From the NCBI GenBank assembly GCA_902558105.1, contig CACECR010000002.1, forward strand, positions 1 through 54,021: a stretch of 54,021 nucleotides of DNA. The letters are read 5' to 3'. Shown piece by piece: positions 17,136 through 26,730 of the stretch (the first letter of the stretch is position 1; each line of letters starts with the position of its first letter). The DNA comes from an uncultured Candidatus Marinamargulisbacteria bacterium (GTDB lineage Bacteria > Margulisbacteria > Marinamargulisbacteria > UBA817 > CACECR01). Made by a program: the position numbers and the translations under genes. The notes beneath the pieces were generated by a model. That model saw only the letters and a list, made by a program, of their open reading frames with translations. It did not search any database and was not told where the DNA came from.

Positions 17136-17802
17136 TCAATAACCAATCAATACTTGTAGCCGCAATTTTAATTGCATAAGCAAGTTCAGAAAAGTGGTTA
17201 AGAACATCATTAATAATCATAAATGATCCTATAGGAATAGACGCTTTATTCCCTAATAAATATAATTCTTGAATGGTTCTAGTGATTAATACTTGAAATT
17301 TAGATTCAAGCTCTTCTACTTGATGAATAAATGAAATGACATCTTTTTTATTTTCAATATAAAACTTCATAGCCGTCATATACTGTTTGTGAAGCTGTAG
17401 TATTGCAGGACCCATATCTTTAAAATAAGAGTGCAGAGATTCAGGCAATTGTGCATCAATGGCATTAACAACGGTTAACCGAGTTGCATTTAACAAAATT
17501 AGAGAAGATATATTTTCAATTCGTTGATGAATACGAAGAAGATCATATTGTTTTTGGTGATCAAAGTTTGCTTGAATGATTTGATCAGATATCGTTTCAA
17601 ACAACTGGTTTGATTCCATATTAATAGTTTGAATCTTTTCAGAATACTTTACCATCTGCTCAGGTGTATTTTGAACAAAGGCATCTAATATCTGGATTAA
17701 TAGTAATAATTCTTCTTCATCAATACGGGTATGATCAATTAAAGATTCCATAACAGAAAACTCATCATAGACTTTTAAAAAACCAAAATATTTATCTAAC
17801 AT
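17125..17802 (-). CDS. Helical cytoplasmic protein, PhoU/DUF47-like (tentative)
   Basis: All-helical 225-aa ORF. AGGAG Shine-Dalgarno site upstream. Lies immediately downstream of the antiporter gene. The family assignment is weak. Confidence 0.35.
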   Translation of the reverse strand: MLDKYFGFLKVYDEFSVMESLIDHTRIDEEELLLLIQILDAFVQNTPEQMVKYSEKIQTINMESNQLFETISDQIIQANFDHQKQYDLLRIHQRIENISSLILLNATRLTVVNAIDAQLPESLHSYFKDMGPAILQLHKQYMTAMKFYIENKKDVISFIHQVEELESKFQVLITRTIQELYLLGNKASIPIGSFMIINDVLNHFSELAYAIKIAATSIDWLLINN

Positions 17803-17811
17803 ACTTTCTCC

Positions 17812-19020
17812 TTAGTATAATTCTCGTGCTTCATTGGATTTAACTAATGCATAACGGGTAAAAATAGGGCCAATCGTTTGGAAAACAAAAGTACTTGCCG
17901 TAATTAAATTAAGTACAAGAAACCCCATTTGTCCAGCTTCTACAGAAATTCGAGATAGTTCAATCTGAGTTGCGATGGCAAGACCTATCGCCACACCAGC
18001 TTGAGAAAATAAACAAAACCCTAAATATTTCTTAACATTTTGATTAGACGAAGAAATCGAGGCGCCGATATAAACTCCAAAATATTTACCAATCATTCGA
18101 AGTATAATATATGCAGACCCTAACAAGCCAAGTGTTGGTAATAAACTAATATCTAATTGAGCACCAATTAAAATGAAAAAAAGAACAAAAGTTGGAACCG
18201 AAAATTGTTGAAGTAAGTCAAAATAAGTCTTACTCCTATGAGGACGAATATTTCCAATGATCACACCCATACTCATGTTTGATAAAATTAAAGACAAGCC
18301 TAACCAATCTGATAACCCTGTACATCCAAATAATGCACTTAAAATAACTAACAATTTAATATCTTTATGTTTTACCTGAAGCATGATTAAACTAATAATA
18401 AAACCTAAAATAAAACCAATAACAATCGACATTAAAATATCGTAAGAGATAATATGTAATATTAGTTTGAGATCAATAGATGTAGACGCAGATAAAAATG
18501 CTTTAGCAATATTTAAAGAAAAGGCATAGATAATAATAGCAAACGCGTCATCCGCACCGACGACACCTAATAAATGAGAGGTTAGTGGTCCACGAGCACG
18601 GTACTCTTGTAAAATAGTTGTTGTTCCACCTGGAGCTGTAGCCGCTGCTAAAGAGCCCAATATTAATGCTATAGGAATATTAGACGTAATAAAATAAACG
18701 AAAGATCCGACCAAAATTGTAGCGGTTAAGGATTCAAAAATTGTAATGATAAAAATACTTTTACCAAAACGCTTTAAACGAGCCCAACGTAATTCACCAC
18801 CAATAGTAAACCCAACTAAACCAAGAGTTAAAGTTGTAATGACTGAAAAATTAGGAAGGTTCGCAGTGTTGAGAAGCTGTAGACCAGAAACCCCTAAAAA
18901 TACACCAATTAAAATATGCCCCACAACCTGTGGAACCTTAATAAGTTTAAATAGTTTACTAGCAATTGTACCAAATGTTAAAAGAAGACCAATAATTAAT
19001 ATAGAGTTTAATTCACCCAT
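17812..19020 (-). CDS. Cation:proton antiporter (CPA2 / Kef-type membrane domain)
   Basis: About 12 TM, 402 aa. Typical Na_H_exchanger N-terminus (ILIIGLLLTFGTIASKLFKLIKVPQVVGHILIGVFLG). Confidence 0.75.
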   Translation of the reverse strand: MGELNSILIIGLLLTFGTIASKLFKLIKVPQVVGHILIGVFLGVSGLQLLNTANLPNFSVITTLTLGLVGFTIGGELRWARLKRFGKSIFIITIFESLTATILVGSFVYFITSNIPIALILGSLAAATAPGGTTTILQEYRARGPLTSHLLGVVGADDAFAIIIYAFSLNIAKAFLSASTSIDLKLILHIISYDILMSIVIGFILGFIISLIMLQVKHKDIKLLVILSALFGCTGLSDWLGLSLILSNMSMGVIIGNIRPHRSKTYFDLLQQFSVPTFVLFFILIGAQLDISLLPTLGLLGSAYIILRMIGKYFGVYIGASISSSNQNVKKYLGFCLFSQAGVAIGLAIATQIELSRISVEAGQMGFLVLNLITASTFVFQTIGPIFTRYALVKSNEARELY

Positions 19021-19727
19021 AATGACTCAAGGCTAACATGGCCACCCAAAATTGCTTTACCCACAATACAACCCATTATATTATCTTGGTCTCGAAGCTC
19101 TAAAATATCATCGTGGTGTCTAACACCGCCAGAAGCTATAATAGGCTTTGAGGACGCCTTTGCCATTTGTGTTAACTCTAACAGATTAGGCCCCGCCATC
19201 ATTCCATCCTTTGCAATATCTGTATATATAATACTTTCAATAGGATACTCAGAAATATATGAGGCTAACTCAGTGGCTGGAAGCTCACTAGATTCTAACC
19301 ACCCTTCCGTAGCAACTTGTCCATTTTTAGCATCAATTCCAGCAATAATTTTATTAGGAAATGTTGAAATTATTTCTAAGGCTAATGGCTTATTTTTAAT
19401 TAATAAAGAACCCAAAATAATATAGTCTATTCCTAAATCCAAGGCATACCGAGCGGTATCAACAGATCGAATCCCGCCTCCAAATTCAATTTTTCCAGAA
19501 TAAATAGATCGTATATCTGATAGTATTGATGAGTTGACTAGTTTTCCATCCTTAGCACCATCAAGATCAACAATATGAATTCTTGGAACACCAAAAGATT
19601 CAAAATCTTTTGCCATATCTTGAGGGGTCTTTGCATATGACTCTACCTGGTCATATTGACCTTGAGTTAAGCGGACTAACTGACCATTTAAAATATCAAT
19701 AGCTGGAATTATAGAAAAACCTGTCAT
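19008..19727 (-). CDS. hisA: ProFAR isomerase HisA
   Basis: IIPAIDILNGQLVRLTQGQY N-terminus, ..HIVDLDGA.., ..IIASGGVRHHDDI.. (beta/alpha barrel phosphate sites). ATGA overlap with the hisS stop codon. Confidence 0.85.
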   Translation of the reverse strand: MTGFSIIPAIDILNGQLVRLTQGQYDQVESYAKTPQDMAKDFESFGVPRIHIVDLDGAKDGKLVNSSILSDIRSIYSGKIEFGGGIRSVDTARYALDLGIDYIILGSLLIKNKPLALEIISTFPNKIIAGIDAKNGQVATEGWLESSELPATELASYISEYPIESIIYTDIAKDGMMAGPNLLELTQMAKASSKPIIASGGVRHHDDILELRDQDNIMGCIVGKAILGGHVSLESLWVN

Positions 19728-20965
19728 GTTGAAACCTTCCCTAATAAATTACTTAATGATACAGATTCTTGAGTTCTGTTCTTCATATCTTTAATTAAAA
19801 TTAAATTATTAATAGCTTCTTCCTCACCAAAAATCGCTGCAAATTTAGAATCTAATTTACTAGCTGTTTTCAGCTCATATTTTAACGAATCTGATAATCC
19901 AACCTCACATTTCAGACCAGCTCGACGCAACTCATTAACTAATTTAAAACATACTTGACGCTGGTTGTGACCTAATGGCACAAAATAAACATCTAATGGG
20001 TCATTGTATAAAAATGTTGAAAGATCTAACAAACTGAGTAACCTTTCAACACCAAAAGCACACCCAATAGCAGGTGTAGGTGGACCAGACAAAGATTCCA
20101 CTAAGTGATTATATCTACCACCACCACAGAGTGCATTTTGAGCACCCAATGACGCACTTGTTACTTCAAAAACTGTTTCAGTGTAATAATCTAAACCTCG
20201 AACTAATTTAGAATCTATAGTGTATGAAATTGATAATTCATCTAAATAATTTAAAACTTGATGAAAATGATCTTTAGAGTCCTGACTTAGGACATCCGAC
20301 ATGTCTGGTAAACCAGCCAAAAACGTTTGAGTTGTTTTATTTTTACTATCTAATAATCGAAGTGGATTAGTCTCATACTTACGCTGATCATCTTCAGACA
20401 ACTGTGATAAATGGGGAAGCACTAATTGGCGAATTTTTTCAGAATAAAGTTGACGTGAAACCGAACATCCAATGGTATTAATGTTAATAGTAATATCATT
20501 CAATCCAAGTTCAGAAAATAAGTCGACACATAAAGCAATAAGCTCGGCATCATTATAAGGATCGGCAGACCCAAAGGACTCTAAGCCAATTTGATGAAAT
20601 TGTCTAAAACGTCCAGCCTGAGGTCTCTCATATCGAAACATAGGTCCCATATAATATAACTTTTGAGGTAAATTCGCATATCGTTTATGTTGTAAAAAAG
20701 AACGAACAACGGAGGCTGTACCTTCAGGTCTTAACGTTAATGAACGTTCGGATTTATCTGAAAAAGTATACATTTCTTTTTGTACAATATCGGTAGAATC
20801 ACCTATACCACGATCAAATAAATCAGTAGATTCAAAAATGGGAGTTCGAATTTCCGAAAAATGATACCGTTTAAAAAGAGACCGACAAATAGTCTCTAAA
20901 TACTGCCAAGAAGAAATTTCTTCAGGTAATATATCTTTTGTTCCTCTAGGAGCCGTAATAGTCAT
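19724..20965 (-). CDS. hisS: Histidine--tRNA ligase
   Basis: Class II motifs: PRGTKDILPEE, MYTF.D..ER.LTLRPEGT, YYMGPMFRYERPQAGRFRQFHQ, GGGRY. Confidence 0.93.
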   Translation of the reverse strand: MTITAPRGTKDILPEEISSWQYLETICRSLFKRYHFSEIRTPIFESTDLFDRGIGDSTDIVQKEMYTFSDKSERSLTLRPEGTASVVRSFLQHKRYANLPQKLYYMGPMFRYERPQAGRFRQFHQIGLESFGSADPYNDAELIALCVDLFSELGLNDITININTIGCSVSRQLYSEKIRQLVLPHLSQLSEDDQRKYETNPLRLLDSKNKTTQTFLAGLPDMSDVLSQDSKDHFHQVLNYLDELSISYTIDSKLVRGLDYYTETVFEVTSASLGAQNALCGGGRYNHLVESLSGPPTPAIGCAFGVERLLSLLDLSTFLYNDPLDVYFVPLGHNQRQVCFKLVNELRRAGLKCEVGLSDSLKYELKTASKLDSKFAAIFGEEEAINNLILIKDMKNRTQESVSLSNLLGKVST

Positions 20966-20974
20966 CTTAGAAAA

Positions 20975-21781
20975 TTAATCAACTAAATGTGTTAATTCAG
21001 AATCTTCTTTACATAGTGCAATGGAATGAAACCCACAATCCACATGGTGAATTTCTCCAGAGATAGCCGTGGATAAATCTGATGCAAAATAAAGTGTTGA
21101 ATTACCCACTTCATCTAGAGTAATATTTCGCTTCATTGGTGATCGAACTTGATTTACCTTTAATAAAATATCAAAACCACCAATTCCTTTAGCCGCTAAT
21201 GTTTTGACAGGCCCAGCCGAAATAGCATTCACACGAATACCTAATGGGCCAAACTCAGAGGCTAAGTATCGAACAGACGCTTCAAGAGCAGCCTTTGCTA
21301 CACCCATTACATTATAGTTTGGTACAGCTTTTTCACCACCAATATAACTTAAAGTAATTAAACTCGAACCTTCTTTTAATAAAGGACGGGCATGACGCGC
21401 TACAGCAACAAAAGAGTAGGCGCTTACACCTAATGCTAAATCCCAACCTTCACGAGTAATTTCTGAAAAATTACCAGTAATATCTTCACGATTTGCGAAG
21501 GCAACAGCATGGATAACAAAATCAAGTTGACCATACTCTTGTTTTACCTTATCAAAAACTCTGGTTAAATGATCTTCGTTTGTCACATCACATTCTTCAA
21601 TAATGGTTGCGCCCATTTCTTCGGCAATTGGAGTAACACGAGAGGCCATTGACTCATTGGCGTAAGTAAAAGCTATTTGAGCACCATGTTGGTGTAATGT
21701 TTGAGCAATACCGTACGCAATACCACGTTTATTACTAACACCAAATATAATTCCTTTTTTACCTTCCATGAGTTTAGACAT
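20975..21781 (-). CDS. fabI: Enoyl-ACP reductase FabI (NADH)
   Basis: LMEGKKGIIFGV.N..IAYGIA N-terminus. YNVMGVAKAALEASVRYLA (Y-x6-K). RVNAISAGP. Confidence 0.9.
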   Translation of the reverse strand: MSKLMEGKKGIIFGVSNKRGIAYGIAQTLHQHGAQIAFTYANESMASRVTPIAEEMGATIIEECDVTNEDHLTRVFDKVKQEYGQLDFVIHAVAFANREDITGNFSEITREGWDLALGVSAYSFVAVARHARPLLKEGSSLITLSYIGGEKAVPNYNVMGVAKAALEASVRYLASEFGPLGIRVNAISAGPVKTLAAKGIGGFDILLKVNQVRSPMKRNITLDEVGNSTLYFASDLSTAISGEIHHVDCGFHSIALCKEDSELTHLVD

Positions 21782-21801
21782 ATGACTCTCCTATAATTTA
21801 A

Positions 21802-23301
21802 TTAAATAGTATTTTCTTTTTGCTTATCCGTCAAAATATTTTTGTTCATCAATTGTAAATCGTTCCAAAAGACATCGTCAAATTGATAAAGTTTTTTTGA
21901 CTCACACTGAGTAACAATTGACTCCACATAATCTGTATGGCGCATACCCACAAGAACAGAATCAACACCTACCGTTTGCCTAACTAATGAAAAGGCCATT
22001 GAACTTAATGTCTCATGAGGACTTAACTCAACTTTTGAAAAAATATTAGTTTTTAATTGATCAATTATTGGCTCTTTTTTAGTTTTATAATAAGAGGAAA
22101 GTATTTCAAAACATTTGTTAACCATTTGATAAAATGACACAAGTAATTCTTTGTGAGAGTCTGACTCTTCTACATAGGGAAGTAATAAATCAAGACCAAT
22201 TTCAACTTTGGGAATTGCATACAATAATAGTGCATTTCGAAATGTGTCATAATTTTGCTTAGAATCCATTAACCCATGAATAACACCTGTCATAGAAAAC
22301 TGATTAAAAAGCTGTTCAACTTGAGCTTTTTCAAGATTTTGAGATTGAATAATTTTGTTAAAAATCATATTTTCTAAATTGGAGACATCTTCAAAACACG
22401 TTTCAATTTCTCCTAAAGAATAAATTTCTCTTTCTACCAATACATTTTTAAGATGTATAAAAGTATCTTGGTAATACGCATTAAATACACGATTAGTTAA
22501 AACACCTATTGATGCGTCTTGAGCATGAGCTAATAAAGACCGTTGATTAACTTTAGCTGTAGCTGCTTCAGACTCTAAAACATTAAATGGAAATTGGATT
22601 ACTCCAAAATGATGAGAGTCTGATAATGAATTAGCAATAGATACACAACGTAGAAAATCAACTTTTTCATCATGAAAGTCTGGATAAGGAAAGTGATTTG
22701 AACTTACACCGTAATATTGAATTGTTCCTTTCTTAACTTCTTCTTCTAAACATTCAAATAAAGACTGTATAACTGAGTAAAAAAGATCATGTGCGTTTTC
22801 TTTTGAATCTCTTAAAAGAGTTTTTAAATAATATTCTGGATTGTGAATCAAATAAACATCTATACAGGTTAAGTCTAAACGAGCTAAGCTTTGCTGAATT
22901 TGAGATCTAATAAATTTAGGATCCAAACAATGGGACATTACATCATCTAGATGAGAGATAAACTGATAAGAGGTATCAGATGATAGATCTTTTTTTAATA
23001 CATAGCCTCCTTTGGAAACAATAACAACTTTCTCTCTCGAAACACCGGTTTCACGAAGAGCTTGTCCAACCAATATTTCGGCATCCCCATCCATATAATT
23101 GGCACTAGTATCAATTAGATTAATTCCAGCTAAAAGCGATTTTTTAGCGGCATTAAGATGATCACTGTTTTGATATGACATTCTATACGTCCCTAATCCA
23201 GCATTAGAAACATATAAGTTTGTTCGACCAAGAGGTGAATACTCTAAGTTTGGAAAATCTTGATGACAGGATTGTGTGTCTAATGGAGTTGCAAATGACA
23301 T
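21802..23301 (-). CDS. Aldo/keto reductase family oxidoreductase with a long internal insertion
   Basis: The AKR N-terminal block (LGRTNLYVSNAGLGTYRM..INLIDTSANYMDGDAEILVGQAL..) and C-terminal block (..VDSVLVGMRHTDYVESI) are separated by much more sequence than in the usual ~300-aa AKR. Confidence 0.7.
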   Translation of the reverse strand: MSFATPLDTQSCHQDFPNLEYSPLGRTNLYVSNAGLGTYRMSYQNSDHLNAAKKSLLAGINLIDTSANYMDGDAEILVGQALRETGVSREKVVIVSKGGYVLKKDLSSDTSYQFISHLDDVMSHCLDPKFIRSQIQQSLARLDLTCIDVYLIHNPEYYLKTLLRDSKENAHDLFYSVIQSLFECLEEEVKKGTIQYYGVSSNHFPYPDFHDEKVDFLRCVSIANSLSDSHHFGVIQFPFNVLESEAATAKVNQRSLLAHAQDASIGVLTNRVFNAYYQDTFIHLKNVLVEREIYSLGEIETCFEDVSNLENMIFNKIIQSQNLEKAQVEQLFNQFSMTGVIHGLMDSKQNYDTFRNALLLYAIPKVEIGLDLLLPYVEESDSHKELLVSFYQMVNKCFEILSSYYKTKKEPIIDQLKTNIFSKVELSPHETLSSMAFSLVRQTVGVDSVLVGMRHTDYVESIVTQCESKKLYQFDDVFWNDLQLMNKNILTDKQKENTI

Positions 23302-23307
23302 ATAAAC

Positions 23308-24576
23308 TTACCTTTCTAATTTAATGCTTGTCTCATTATACTGCGTTATCTTCCTTAAGTGGAGAAGAAAAAAGATTGCAATTAAAAATAGTAAAGAAAT
23401 TGAGGAAATCCCAAAGCGAGTTATAAGTAATGCGTCATTAATAAAACTAGACATGACAATCTGAGTTAATGCCACGAATAATGGCCCTAAAATAGCCGAA
23501 AACTTACCTACAAAATTGTAAACAGAAAATGAAATGTAAGCAGATGACTCAGGAATTAAATTGGCAAAATATGATCGACTGATTCCCTGAACAGCCCCTT
23601 GAATGCACCCGATCATAATCGCAAGTAGATAAAAATCGAAATTAGACGTCATAAAAATAGCATAAAAAGATATTAGAAAATACAAAAACACTAATAAAAT
23701 CAATAGTGAAAGCGGAGACTTCTGTTTAACGAATAAAGAAAAAAAGTATGTGCTTGGAAACCCAATCAATTGAGTAATTAACAATGCTGTAAGTAATGTA
23801 GAATCAGAAAAACCTAACGACAAACCATAATCAACCGCTAATTTAATTATAGTCCAAACACCATCCATGTAAAAGAAGTAAGCAAGTAAAAATATAGTAC
23901 ATTTGCGATTCATAAAAACAGATTTAAAGTGATTAAATGAAACATAAGATACCGTTGTCGATACACGTTGAATCGTCGAAAATAAAGGTAGTGAAAAACC
24001 AAGCCACCAAATTGTCACAGATAAACACACAATAGTAATCAAAACACTAAATGATTTTAGATGAAATAAAGAAGGAAAACTTGCTAATAATGCGTGACAA
24101 GCAAATAGTAAGCCCCCACCAGCATATCCTAATGAATAAGCAAGAAGTGATGCATAATATCGCTCAGACTTTTCAACAATAAACAACAAAAACGCATCAT
24201 AAAGCATATTAGCTAAACTAAAAAACAAACAAGAAACACCAAATAATAATAAGGCCCAACGCCAATCACCATTATCTAAAAAAACTAAACATGCTGTACT
24301 TAGGGTGGCCGTTATAACAAAGAATTTAAAAGAACGATGAGCCACAGAAAACTTAGAAACAACATACCCAACAAAAATGGAAAAAAAAGCCACTAATAAA
24401 GAAGTAAACGATTGAGAAAGAGCTAAATATTGCGTACTTTCATTGATGGTAAGACCTTCTGCCCAATATCTTTTAAAAAAAATGGGAAAAAAAGCGGCCA
24501 TTATTGACGTAGCAAAAACGGAATTAGCCCAATCATATAGTGCCCATTTTTGTAATGGAGTAAATTTAAATAACAT
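23308..24576 (-). CDS. MFS transporter (UMF1/Atg22-like)
   Basis: About 12 TM. N-terminal WALYDWANSVFATSIMAAFFPIFF is typical of the UMF1 family. Confidence 0.7.
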   Translation of the reverse strand: MLFKFTPLQKWALYDWANSVFATSIMAAFFPIFFKRYWAEGLTINESTQYLALSQSFTSLLVAFFSIFVGYVVSKFSVAHRSFKFFVITATLSTACLVFLDNGDWRWALLLFGVSCLFFSLANMLYDAFLLFIVEKSERYYASLLAYSLGYAGGGLLFACHALLASFPSLFHLKSFSVLITIVCLSVTIWWLGFSLPLFSTIQRVSTTVSYVSFNHFKSVFMNRKCTIFLLAYFFYMDGVWTIIKLAVDYGLSLGFSDSTLLTALLITQLIGFPSTYFFSLFVKQKSPLSLLILLVFLYFLISFYAIFMTSNFDFYLLAIMIGCIQGAVQGISRSYFANLIPESSAYISFSVYNFVGKFSAILGPLFVALTQIVMSSFINDALLITRFGISSISLLFLIAIFFLLHLRKITQYNETSIKLER

Positions 24577-24577
24577 A

Positions 24578-25969
24578 CTACATAGTATAAGACTTCAAAA
24601 ATAAAATCGCATCTTCTTTTGTTGAAACTCGTCCAGAAAGCTGTTCGTCATAAAGTACTTTTAATAATTCGCCCATCTCTTTACCGGGCGCATACCCAAA
24701 AGAAATCAAGTCCTTACCTGAGATAAAAGGCACAGGGGCGGAATCTTTAACATCCAAGGCATTGGAACGTTCAATCAACCAATCACCGGCTGGAAACTCC
24801 CGAGCAATTGCATCTGGGGTCTTTCGACCAAAATGATCCGCTTTTGCTAGTAAAAACAAATCTAATATTGACACTTTTGTAGATAAACGGCGAATAGCCG
24901 CATCAGAAACCCCATCAGTGGTATCTGCCTTATACAGTAATGCCGGCTTTAAATGATGCTCAACTAGGGGAATTATAGATTTAATTAATGATTTATTATC
25001 TGTGAGACGTTTTAAAAATAATCGAGTAGGGGAGACACCCGCTTTTTCATGACCTGGAGACCGCCAATGACCATCTTTAAATATAGTGGTACTAGGCTTA
25101 CCAAAATCATGACATAAAGCCGCAAACATAAACATTAAGCGTTTATTATCAGGAATATTAGGTAATAAACTCGCCATCTCATCTACAACCAACATCGTAT
25201 GATCCCAAACATCACCTTCCGGGTGCCACTCAGGGTCTTGAACGCAGCCTACTAACGCTTTTAATTCTGGGAAATAAGATAAAATCCCTAAGGGTTTCAT
25301 ATAGTTTAAGCCAATAGAGGGCTTTAAAGATTGCAAAAAACATTTTTTAAACTCTTCAAAGAGTCGTTCTTTTGGAAGATCTGACAAGTCCATTTTAGAA
25401 CATAAATCAACCGTTCTTGAATCAATCTTAAACTCAAAACGTGACGCAAACTGCATCGCACGATAAACCCTTAAAGAATCTTCAGAAAACTGGTCTGATA
25501 CATGTCTTAATAATTTAGATTCTAAATCAATCAATCCATTGTTTGGATCCACAAGTTGATGTTGAATGGGATCATAAGCCATACTGTTTATCGTAAAATC
25601 ACGACGTAAGGATGCTTTTTGAATATCTAATTCTGAAAAATGATCAACTTTAAACCCTGTATGTCCCTTAGAAATCTTAGTTTCAGTTCTTGGAAGAGCT
25701 AAATCAATTAGCCAATCATCAATACGAACCTGACAAATACCAAAAGATTCCCCAATTTCATTTACAATATATCTTGATTTCAAACATTGTTTTAAATCAT
25801 GTATGGATCCACAATGAAAAACTTCAATATCTAGATCTTTAGATGATCGATTTAAAAAAGCATCACGAACATAACCTCCGACGATATACGGCTTAAAACC
25901 AACTTCAAATAAAAACTGGCACATTTTTTCTACACAAGGTGGAATCGATAAGCGAACTGACATATCCAT
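24578..25969 (-). CDS. cca: CCA-adding tRNA nucleotidyltransferase with HD domain
   Basis: YIVGGYVRD..DLDIEV nucleotidyltransferase motif, RRDFTINSMA, and an HD motif (ALCHDFGKP). Confidence 0.8.
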   Translation of the reverse strand: MDMSVRLSIPPCVEKMCQFLFEVGFKPYIVGGYVRDAFLNRSSKDLDIEVFHCGSIHDLKQCLKSRYIVNEIGESFGICQVRIDDWLIDLALPRTETKISKGHTGFKVDHFSELDIQKASLRRDFTINSMAYDPIQHQLVDPNNGLIDLESKLLRHVSDQFSEDSLRVYRAMQFASRFEFKIDSRTVDLCSKMDLSDLPKERLFEEFKKCFLQSLKPSIGLNYMKPLGILSYFPELKALVGCVQDPEWHPEGDVWDHTMLVVDEMASLLPNIPDNKRLMFMFAALCHDFGKPSTTIFKDGHWRSPGHEKAGVSPTRLFLKRLTDNKSLIKSIIPLVEHHLKPALLYKADTTDGVSDAAIRRLSTKVSILDLFLLAKADHFGRKTPDAIAREFPAGDWLIERSNALDVKDSAPVPFISGKDLISFGYAPGKEMGELLKVLYDEQLSGRVSTKEDAILFLKSYTM

Positions 25970-25994
25970 ATTATCGATTGTATCACGTAAAGCT

Positions 25995-26023
25995 AAAAAG
26001 AGGTGATAAACACACCTCTTTTT
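25995..26023 (-). terminator. Rho-independent terminator after hsp20
   Basis: Perfect 11-bp stem AAAAAGAGGTG / CACCTCTTTTT with a 7-nt loop, located 19 nt after the hsp20 stop. A/T flanks make it potentially bidirectional. Confidence 0.7.
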
Positions 26024-26041
26024 AGACTTTTTAAACTATAG

Positions 26042-26398
26042 TTATTTTAATGAAATGACTTGCTTAGTTGTCGATTCAGATTTTTTAAACTCTATAGTTA
26101 ATACGCCGTTTGTCAAATCAGCCTCAATACTCTCATAATCTAAGTCACCAAGATTGTACGTATTCGAATATGAACGATCATCATTTTTAGCGTCAATATG
26201 TAAACTCTGCTTTTCAGTTGAAAGTTCTATCTCATTTTTATCAAAACCTGGTAAATCAAGTGATAAAACATAGTGACTATCTGTTTCAGAAAAATTAGAA
26301 CTCTTAGTTTGATACTGAGTAGCACTAAAAACCTCAGGAAATACGGAATTAATAATTGAATTAAGTTGAGGTTTTGAATAATACGTTAAATAAGACAT
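26042..26398 (-). CDS. Small heat-shock protein (Hsp20/alpha-crystallin family)
   Basis: Start trimmed to MSYLTYY.., which is preceded by AAGGAGAAG. Alpha-crystallin pattern ..DSHYVLSLDLPGFDKNEIEL......ADLTNGVLTIEF.K. Confidence 0.8.
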   Translation of the reverse strand: MSYLTYYSKPQLNSIINSVFPEVFSATQYQTKSSNFSETDSHYVLSLDLPGFDKNEIELSTEKQSLHIDAKNDDRSYSNTYNLGDLDYESIEADLTNGVLTIEFKKSESTTKQVISLK

Positions 26399-26530
26399 GG
26401 TCTTCTCCTTAATTAATACATTGTAAAAACACAACTGCAAGTAAAATGCCAAAGAAACCTAGTAATTAATAAGCAAGTAGTGTTAATAATTCATACAAAA
26501 TATAAAATAAAAAATGGACATGACTGATTT

Positions 26531-26559
26531 TTGGACAGAAAGTGTGAATATGATAAAAT
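26531..26559 (+). promoter_or_regulatory. Sigma70-like promoter candidate TTGGAC-N17-TAAAAT
   Basis: Read directly. The -10 hexamer ends 6 nt before the ATG at 26566 and there is no Shine-Dalgarno site, consistent with a leaderless mRNA for the small ORF and ctaA. Confidence 0.4.
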
Positions 26560-26565
26560 ATAAGC

Positions 26566-26730
26566 ATGTTTAAAAATGCTGAAGATTGGTTAAATGCTGA
26601 ATGGGAATGCTACTGTTCACATCAACTAATTAAAAGGTTATCAAAGAATGAGTCAGACCAATTAGTTTATTTGGCTTGGTGTAATAATTGTGCAAAAAGA
26701 TACAAAATAACGTTAGAAGAAAATGATTAA
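26566..26730 (+). CDS. Small (54 aa) CxC...CxxC zinc-ribbon-like protein, not in the ORF track
   Basis: My own translation: MFKNAEDWLNAEWECYCSHQLIKRLSKNESDQLVYLAWCNNCAKRYKITLEEND. The stop overlaps the ctaA start by 8 nt (AATGATTAA). A good promoter lies directly upstream. Confidence 0.45.
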   Translation: MFKNAEDWLNAEWECYCSHQLIKRLSKNESDQLVYLAWCNNCAKRYKITLEEND

